Shown piece after piece: positions 7,601-13,749 of a DNA stretch of 13,749 bases (positions within the stretch are counted from its first letter, which is position 1; each line of letters opens with the position of its first letter). The stretch comes from Candidatus Hermodarchaeota archaeon (lineage in GTDB: Archaea; Asgardarchaeota; Lokiarchaeia; Sigyniarchaeales; SOKP01). The stretch lies in assembly GCA_048885925.1 (NCBI GenBank), contig JBHLLG010000074.1:1-13749 (forward strand), in the 5' to 3' direction. The position numbers were made by a program, and so were the translations under genes. The notes below the pieces were generated by a model that saw only the letters and a program-made list of their open reading frames with translations, had not been told where the DNA came from and ran no database searches.

Positions 7601-7689
7601 TTCATGTTTTTTAAAAATAATTATATATATTTCAGGATTTGTGAATTTTCATTAATACTGAAAAAATAATAATAAAAGAGTGATTTGAA

Positions 7690-8574
7690 ATGGATAAAAT
7701 TGACCTCGTTATCATTAGAAATTTATTGGAAAACTGTCGCTTAACTTTTAGAGAATTAGCGGATGCGAATTATATGTCCGTTAGTGCTATACATAAACGT
7801 ATAAAAAAGCTTGAAGAAAATGGGATAATTACTGCATATACTGCAAGACCAAGCATAATTGCTTTAAAATGTTTAAAGATCTTGATTTATGGCACATCTC
7901 ACGCAAAATCATTGGATACAATTAGTCAAGAACTTGGTCAACAGGAAAATACGAGATTTGTTGGAATCGCAGGTAATAAATTTCTAATTATTATCGCCTA
8001 TTTAAGGGATATTTCAGAACTTCAAGATTATGGTAGTTTTATATCAAGAACGGCTCAAATAAGCAACCCAACCATAGGCATTATTGATATTCCTTATATT
8101 ACAACCCCAGAACCACTTTCAACAATAGATTATAAGATTTTAAAATGTTTAAATCGAGACGCAAGAAAGTCTATAATGGATATTACTGATGATACTGGCC
8201 TCTCTGCTAAAACAATTAAAAAGCGACTAGAAAGAATGATGGAGAATAATTTAACTGAATTTACGATTGAATGGTTTCCTATGTATGAAAATTGTTTCCT
8301 TATGGGTTTTAATATAACTTTAAACCAAGGAACTGATTTAAGCTCCACCATTGGGATGATTTGTGAAAAATATTCTGATAGTTTTGCCTTATATTTCAGC
8401 TATAGTAATATTCCATTCTTTTTTACCCTTATTATATGTCCTAAAAGCGCTCAAAACGCTCATGAACTCCAAAAAGATTTAGAGAAGGAAGGTCTCAAGA
8501 ACATTACTCCTTTTATTTTATTATCCGTAAAATGGTATGAATGTTGGATTGATCAACTTCTTAGAACTAAATAA
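7690..8574 (+). CDS. Tandem (double HTH) Lrp/AsnC-family transcriptional regulator
   Basis: MDKIDLVIIRNLLENCRLTFRELA...SVSAIHKRIKKLEENGII and a second LSTIDYKILKCLNRDARKSIMDI...GLSAKTIKKRLERM, both AsnC-type HTH domains, each followed by a RAM-like region. SD GAGTGAT. Confidence 0.93.
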   Translation: MDKIDLVIIRNLLENCRLTFRELADANYMSVSAIHKRIKKLEENGIITAYTARPSIIALKCLKILIYGTSHAKSLDTISQELGQQENTRFVGIAGNKFLIIIAYLRDISELQDYGSFISRTAQISNPTIGIIDIPYITTPEPLSTIDYKILKCLNRDARKSIMDITDDTGLSAKTIKKRLERMMENNLTEFTIEWFPMYENCFLMGFNITLNQGTDLSSTIGMICEKYSDSFALYFSYSNIPFFFTLIICPKSAQNAHELQKDLEKEGLKNITPFILLSVKWYECWIDQLLRTK

Positions 8575-8641
8575 AAGATTCATCAATAACAAATAAAGTT
8601 TGATTTTAAGAACTCGAAAACTTCATTTTGTCTTATGAATG

Positions 8642-8692
8642 TCTGCAAAGTGGTATGAGTGTTAGGTAGATCAATTAGTTCGGACTAAATAG
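8642..8692 (+). pseudogene. Second, diverged Lrp 3'-end remnant (SAKWYEC*VDQLVRTK*) just downstream of the intact gene
   Basis: Codon-by-codon match to SVKWYECWIDQLLRTK* with a TGG>TAG nonsense change at 8663-8665 and several synonymous differences. Confidence 0.85.
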
Positions 8693-8708
8693 GCTATTGA
8701 TTTCTTAA

Positions 8709-8945
8709 TCCTAAAATTTCAACTAATTGGAAAAAATTTTGGTACTTTCAATTCCAAAATTTATTCAATTTGGAAGAAAATTTTAAGTTTTTATAGTTTT
8801 TTTGGATTTATTTTAAATTTTAGAGATGTTATTACAATAGAAAATAGGTTTATATTCTACAAGGTCCAAATAGTTCTTTTTTCCAAGCTAGAGAACATCT
8901 TCTTATCAGAGGTCCAATCTCTATGATAATTACTAAAAAAAATTT
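8709..8945 (+). repeat. Copy D of the conserved regulatory module
   Basis: Boxes tcct-N16-ggaa at 8709-8732 and ttcc-N16-ggaa at 8752-8775; GAACatctTCTTATCAGaggtcc at 8893-8915; closely similar to copy C. Confidence 0.9.
8893..8918 (+). promoter_or_regulatory. Putative promoter motif (TCTTATCA 8901-8908)
   Basis: Copy of the five-fold motif upstream of the DUF166 gene. Confidence 0.6.
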
Positions 8946-9001
8946 GAATAAAATTGAGTGAATATCAAAAAATAAGAGATATAAGAAATAGTGGTAGAAA
9001 A

Positions 9002-9727
9002 ATGAAAATTTTAATAATTTCTGATGGAAAATATGGTGATCGTGCAAAGGAAATAATAAAAGACGAATTTCCAAGCACCGAATATTTAATAATTAGAGAA
9101 GAAAACCCAACCATGTTTTTAGAAGAAATTTTTCTTGAGAAAGAAGTCGAAAATGCGATAGAGAATGCAGATCTGCTAATTTTATATGTTCGCCACCCCG
9201 ATGTTGTATACGAAATATGTGCGCGTCAAAAACCTACTATCCTTCCAGTACATTTTGGAATTGGTTTTTTTGAACAGGTAAAGTCTTTAAATTCAAGAGT
9301 AGTACAACCTTCAAGCATGTGTAATGCTTTGCCAGATTATGGAATTAAGGAAATTGACGGATTTTTTACTAAATTTGGAAGACCTATTTATAAAATTCAG
9401 ATAGAAAATATAAAAAATAATCACCCAATAATTAGAGAAGTTAATCTTATCGCTGAAAGCCCTTGTGGTTCTTCCAGAAATACTCTAATATTTTTAAAAA
9501 ACAAACCATTAACTATTGAAACTTTAAATACTTTTGCTATGAGCATCAGACAAGAGTGTGTTGAACCTATGTCGGTTATCTTTAAGAGAGATTTTACCGA
9601 AACAACAGGTCCTATTCATCTTATTAAACTTTTTGATGCAATTGAAGGAGAGGATCCCTCTATTGTGTTAAACGATGACATTTTGAATAATTATATTAAA
9701 AATATCCGTAGAGGATTTCTTAAATGA
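9002..9727 (+). CDS. DUF166 family protein (often loosely annotated 'thymidylate synthase'-like)
   Basis: MKILIISDGKYGDRA start, HPD, SMCNAL, FGRP, SPCGS and a later Cys, as recalled for archaeal DUF166 proteins. ATG 9002 is preferred to TTG 8954. Confidence 0.75.
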   Translation: MKILIISDGKYGDRAKEIIKDEFPSTEYLIIREENPTMFLEEIFLEKEVENAIENADLLILYVRHPDVVYEICARQKPTILPVHFGIGFFEQVKSLNSRVVQPSSMCNALPDYGIKEIDGFFTKFGRPIYKIQIENIKNNHPIIREVNLIAESPCGSSRNTLIFLKNKPLTIETLNTFAMSIRQECVEPMSVIFKRDFTETTGPIHLIKLFDAIEGEDPSIVLNDDILNNYIKNIRRGFLK

Positions 9728-9780
9728 TGAGTGAGTAACAAGAAAAAAAAATATCTTTATTATTTCCTCTTATTTCTATT

Positions 9781-9845
9781 TTTTTTCCTTTGTAACGAAC
9801 ATGCTCTTATTAGAACCCCAATATTTTTTAAAATTAACAAAAAAA
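9781..9845 (+). promoter_or_regulatory. Copy E (promoter-proximal part only) of the module: ttttttcc...GAACatgcTCTTATTAGaaccccaat
   Basis: GAAC 9797, TATA-like 9805-9812. Differs from copy C at one position across GAAC...CCCCAAT. Upstream boxes and Lrp tail are absent. Confidence 0.7.
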
Positions 9846-9907
9846 ATTTTTAAAAACAGTGATAAAAAATTACTCAAACTCAAACATATCAGAATAGAAA
9901 TGAAGAT

Positions 9908-10660
9908 TTGTATGTTTTAGAAGATGAGCAATTAAGTCTTGCTAAAATAGCTGCTTTGAGTATAATTCCCGGCATCATAGCTTTAATTTTTGATATAATT
10001 GCAGCACCATTAGTATTACAAAGTGGATATCCACTACTTTTTACTCTTGTTCTTGCTAATATTATAGTCCTTATACCATCTGAGCTACTAATCCTAATAT
10101 ACTTAGGATATAAAAAGAATAAGAAGGTCTCAATTAAGGGAATTATTCCATATAGAAAATCGATGCCAACCAAGAAGTTAGTAATATGGATTATCATCCT
10201 ATTTGCATACGGTTATGCTATCAATATGCTAATGTTCCCGATCACAGGAGTGCTTAAAAATCTATTTGCTTGGATGCCAGAAGTATTTTTCTCAGTAGAA
10301 TCTGATGTGATTACGACAACCAACTTTCAATTATACTCATCTACAGCATTAATAACTGTTCTAATTGTCGCTTTGTTGGCAAATGCTATACTAATACCAA
10401 TTATAGAAGAAATCTATTTTAGGGGTTTTCTTTTACCTCGTACATCTCGCTTTGGTAAAAATGCTGCAATTATAAATGTATCTCTATGGTCTATATATCA
10501 TATATGGGCACCATGGACCATCATTGCTAATATAATTATATTTCTTCCAATAGCGTACTTGGTAATGAAAAAGCAGGATGTTAGACTGTCAATTTTGGGT
10601 CATATGCTTGCTAATTTTATGCTTGTAGTGATGATAGTACCTCTCCTGATTACGATATAA
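9908..10660 (+). CDS. CPBP family intramembrane glutamic endopeptidase (CAAX/Abi-like)
   Basis: Multi-pass hydrophobic protein with EEIYFRG, WSIYH and GHMLAN motifs. The frame is open back to ATT 9869, a possible real start. Confidence 0.92.
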   Translation: MYVLEDEQLSLAKIAALSIIPGIIALIFDIIAAPLVLQSGYPLLFTLVLANIIVLIPSELLILIYLGYKKNKKVSIKGIIPYRKSMPTKKLVIWIIILFAYGYAINMLMFPITGVLKNLFAWMPEVFFSVESDVITTTNFQLYSSTALITVLIVALLANAILIPIIEEIYFRGFLLPRTSRFGKNAAIINVSLWSIYHIWAPWTIIANIIIFLPIAYLVMKKQDVRLSILGHMLANFMLVVMIVPLLITI

Positions 10661-10740
10661 AGATATAATATCCAGATCTCAAAATAAAATAGAAAACAAG
10701 AGAAATTAAAACAAGATAGCAAAAAAAAGTGTGAAAAGAG

Positions 10741-12252
10741 ATGAAAAAATCAATAATAATCATTGGAGCTGGTGTTGCAGGCTTATCTGCAGGGTGTTAT
10801 GCGCGAATGAATGGATATAATACACAAATCTTCGAAATGCATAACATACCTGGAGGAGTTTGCACAACATGGGAACGTAAGGGATATAAGATTGATGGAT
10901 GTATCCATTGGTTGACTGGTATTAAATCAAGAAATAGTTTTTACCCTATATTTAAAGAATTAGGGATATTACAAGGACGAGAGATGGTTGTTCATGAGGA
11001 TTATGCACGAATTGAGGGGCAAAATGGTAAAATCTTTGTTGTACACACAGATATTGATCGCTTGGAGCAGCATATGAAAGAATTAGCTCCTGAAGACAAA
11101 GAGGCTATAGAAGATTTCACAAACGGGATTCGTAATTGTATTAATTTCCCCCTCCCTATTGAGAAACCAAATGATTTATTTAATTTTATTGATGTGATTA
11201 AATTAATACGTAAGATGCGTCCTTATTTTAAGGTTCTTAAGAAATGGGGTAATGTTACAATTCAAGATGCTTCCAAATATTTCCAAAACCCCTTCTTACG
11301 TGAAGTATTTCCTTTTATTTTCAATCTTCAAAATCCCCCAACATTTCCAATGTTAGCGATTCTTACAACTTTTGCTTGGATGCATCAAAAAGTGTGTGGT
11401 TATCCAATTGGGGGATCTCTGGAGCTTTCTAAATCAATAGAGAAACGTTATCTTTCATTAGGAGGGAAGATCCACTATAGATCGCGTGTCGTTAAAATTT
11501 TAGTTGAAAATGATAGGGCGGTTGGTGTACGGTTGGCTAATGGTGCTGAATATCACAGCGATATAATTATTTCAGCCGCTGATGGTCATACAACTATATT
11601 TAACATGTTAGATGGTAAATATATAAATAAAAAGATCAAGAATTATTACGATCATATGCCAACCTATAAACCATTGGTTTACATAGGACTAGGTGTGGCA
11701 CGCTCGTTTGAAGAGATACCACCTACAGTAACCGGAACTGATTTTCCCCTAAATGAACCAATTACTATAGGAGGACAAGAACGGAACAGATTGAGTTTTC
11801 AGATATATAATTTTGATCCTACATTAGCACCTGCGGGAAAATCATTTATTAGAGTTCATTTCGCATCGGATTATGACTATTGGAAAAAATTAAGAATAGA
11901 TTCTGAGCGATATAAAGATGAGAAGGAGAAAATTGCTAGTCAAGTAATTGCCTCACTAGATAAACGGTTCCCTGGTTTAGCAAACCAAGTAGAAATGTAT
12001 GATGTGGCAACACCAATAACATTCGAACGTTATACTGGAAATTGGAAGGGGAGTTTCCAAGGTTGGGAGGAATCAGTAAAAACTTTAAGGTTGCAAATGA
12101 AAAAAACTCTACCAAGACTAAAAAATTTCTATATGACTGGGCATTGGGTTCAACCAGGTGGAAGCATCCCGTCCTCGGTTATGTCGGGTCGTCATGTAGC
12201 TCAAATTATCTGTAAGGTAGATAAGAATAAATTTAATTCTTATAATCCTTAA
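10741..12252 (+). CDS. Phytoene desaturase-like FAD-dependent oxidoreductase (COG1233/CrtI-like)
   Basis: N-terminal IIIGAGVAGLSAG, GG..TTWERKGYKIDGCIHWL, YPIGG, ATPITFERYTGNWKGS, and C-terminal NFYMTGHWVQPGGSIP. Substrate unknown. Confidence 0.9.
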   Translation: MKKSIIIIGAGVAGLSAGCYARMNGYNTQIFEMHNIPGGVCTTWERKGYKIDGCIHWLTGIKSRNSFYPIFKELGILQGREMVVHEDYARIEGQNGKIFVVHTDIDRLEQHMKELAPEDKEAIEDFTNGIRNCINFPLPIEKPNDLFNFIDVIKLIRKMRPYFKVLKKWGNVTIQDASKYFQNPFLREVFPFIFNLQNPPTFPMLAILTTFAWMHQKVCGYPIGGSLELSKSIEKRYLSLGGKIHYRSRVVKILVENDRAVGVRLANGAEYHSDIIISAADGHTTIFNMLDGKYINKKIKNYYDHMPTYKPLVYIGLGVARSFEEIPPTVTGTDFPLNEPITIGGQERNRLSFQIYNFDPTLAPAGKSFIRVHFASDYDYWKKLRIDSERYKDEKEKIASQVIASLDKRFPGLANQVEMYDVATPITFERYTGNWKGSFQGWEESVKTLRLQMKKTLPRLKNFYMTGHWVQPGGSIPSSVMSGRHVAQIICKVDKNKFNSYNP

Positions 12253-12294
12253 ATACATTTTTTATAGAAAAAATAAAGAAAAAAAATAGTTATA

Positions 12295-13749
12295 TTATTG
12301 AAGCTTATCCTTCATTTCCATGTAGAAGTCCAGCGATTCTGGGTTGCGAAGGGCACCACGATTGGTTATTTCCATCCCATGGATAATTTTATTTACAGCA
12401 ATTTCAACTTTCTTGTTACTGAACGTGTAAGGGATGCCGTCTGGAGGTGTTTGGAAAATTAACCGTGGTACATGTCGCGGAGAGGTCTTTTCTCTTATTG
12501 TTTGAGTGATTTTAGTTCTTAATTCATCCGTAAGTTCATATCCTTCTTTTAAAAGTACAAACATTATGATCCTAATATCACCTTCATATTTCTGACCGAT
12601 AACTAAGGAATCAGCGATTTCTGGGAGCTGTTCAACTACATTATAAATTTCAGCTGTACCGATCCTTACTCCAGATGGTTTTAACACAGCATCGGAGCGC
12701 CCCCAGAAAGTAATTCCTCCAGTATCACTATGAATTACGATATAATCACCATGTCTCCAAACATTTTTACCCTTATCTTTAAAGAAATCAAAATAAGCAG
12801 CATTATATCTTGTCATTTTATCATCATCATCCCAGAAATAGGTTGGCATTGAAGGAGCCGGTGCCTCACATACAAGTTCCGCTTGTTTATCTTCAACAGG
12901 ATGGCCATTCTCATCATATGATTCTACTTTCATTGCCAATGCACGACCTTGTAATTCTCCAGAATAGACCGGTAAAATAGGTATAGCTCCAGCAAAACAA
13001 CCATTAATATCAGTACCGCCACTTATTGAGTTAAAATATAAATCTTTTTTGATTTCACGATAAACATATTCAAATCCCTCCGGAGATAAAGTAGATGCTG
13101 TCTGCGAAATTTCCCTTAGAGCGCTTAGATCATATTTCTCAGCAGGTTTTGCATGAAGACCCATTAAATAATGAATATAGGATGCACTAGTACCAAATAT
13201 AGAAATTTTGTGCTTTTCTATTAATTCAAAAAATCTGAGAGGATCAGGATAAAGGGGATTACCATCATATAAAAAGATAGTTGCACCTACTGCTAATGCA
13301 CTAATTAACCAATTCCACATCATCCAACTTGGAGCAGTAATATAAGTTATAACATCACTTCTTTTGCAATCAGTTGATAGTATAAGCTCCTTTAAGTGAT
13401 TAATAAGAACACCTCCAGCACTTTGAACCATACATTTTGGTTTTCCTGTTGTTCCAGAAGAGAACATTACATAAACAGGATGATCAAATGGTAATTGTTC
13501 AAAGGTAAGCTGAATTTCCTCTTCCTTAGAAATAAAATCTTCCCAATTAACCGCTTTAGGAATATTACTAATATCAGCTTTACCATCAGTGATATAAGAT
13601 ACAACTATGACCTTTTCTATTGAAGGAATGGCTTCTACAACAGTTTTAATATTATCACGTATATCAAAAACCTTATCACGATAATAATATCCATCAACTG
13701 TAAAGAGCACTCTCGGTTTAATTTGACCAAATCTGTCGATTACTGCACT
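12295..13749 (-). CDS. acsA: Acetoacetate--CoA ligase (AMP-forming), 5' end beyond the window
   Basis: FDHPVYVMFSSGTTGKPKC, SWMMWNW, SISGGTDINGCF, VWRHGD, GRSDAVLKPSGVRIGTAEIY, SPRHVP, KKVE, NPESL. The frame is open to the right edge (SAVIDRFGQIKPRVLF). Confidence 0.93.
   Translation of the reverse strand, partial: SAVIDRFGQIKPRVLFTVDGYYYRDKVFDIRDNIKTVVEAIPSIEKVIVVSYITDGKADISNIPKAVNWEDFISKEEEIQLTFEQLPFDHPVYVMFSSGTTGKPKCMVQSAGGVLINHLKELILSTDCKRSDVITYITAPSWMMWNWLISALAVGATIFLYDGNPLYPDPLRFFELIEKHKISIFGTSASYIHYLMGLHAKPAEKYDLSALREISQTASTLSPEGFEYVYREIKKDLYFNSISGGTDINGCFAGAIPILPVYSGELQGRALAMKVESYDENGHPVEDKQAELVCEAPAPSMPTYFWDDDDKMTRYNAAYFDFFKDKGKNVWRHGDYIVIHSDTGGITFWGRSDAVLKPSGVRIGTAEIYNVVEQLPEIADSLVIGQKYEGDIRIIMFVLLKEGYELTDELRTKITQTIREKTSPRHVPRLIFQTPPDGIPYTFSNKKVEIAVNKIIHGMEITNRGALRNPESLDFYMEMKDKLQ

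Noticed and set aside
8130-8351. 73-aa minus-strand ORF
   Set aside because: Shadow of the Lrp/AsnC gene.
8663-8665. In-frame TAG in the Lrp tail remnant as possible pyrrolysine or readthrough
   Set aside because: It replaces a conserved TGG (Trp) by a single transition in a fragment with no gene body; a simple nonsense mutation is more parsimonious.
8850-9074. 74-aa minus-strand ORF
   Set aside because: Antisense to the DUF166 start and module D promoter; low-complexity F/L/H composition typical of shadow ORFs.
350-9845. Interpreting the repeats as a CRISPR array, integron attC sites or MITEs
   Set aside because: Copies are 0.9-4.4 kb apart and degenerate. I see no RYYYAAC...GTTRRRY ends with an extended hairpin, no terminal inverted repeats or target-site duplications, and no cas, intI or transposase gene in the window.
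9889-10197. 102-aa minus-strand ORF
   Set aside because: Shadow of the CPBP protease gene.

Overview
AT-rich archaeal window; an Asgard/Lokiarchaeia-like origin is inferred from the TFB style, the tandem-domain regulators and the GTGA-type Shine-Dalgarno motifs. Genes in order: 3' end of a tandem Lrp/AsnC regulator, a 58-aa uORF plus ABC-2 exporter (ATPase, permease), a hypothetical protein, a repeat-built membrane protein, a degenerate flavodoxin-fold protein, a small TM ORF, a TFB paralog, a tandem GbsR/MarR-like wHTH regulator divergent from an intact tandem Lrp/AsnC regulator (22-bp perfect palindrome between them), a DUF166 protein, a CPBP protease, a phytoene desaturase-like flavoprotein, and a 5'-truncated acetoacetate-CoA ligase. 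The main unexplained structure is non-coding. A ~230-270 bp module recurs four times, with a fifth partial copy. It consists of the last codons of an Lrp gene (...LLRTK*), two TTCC-N16-RGWA boxes 43 bp apart, and a conserved non-canonical promoter-like motif GAAC-N4-TYTTATYAG-N3/4-CC. Each copy precedes different, unrelated cargo genes, one set containing the TFB paralog. This looks like a reusable regulatory cassette or an alternative-TFB/Lrp regulon. There is also internal evidence for ATT start codons.
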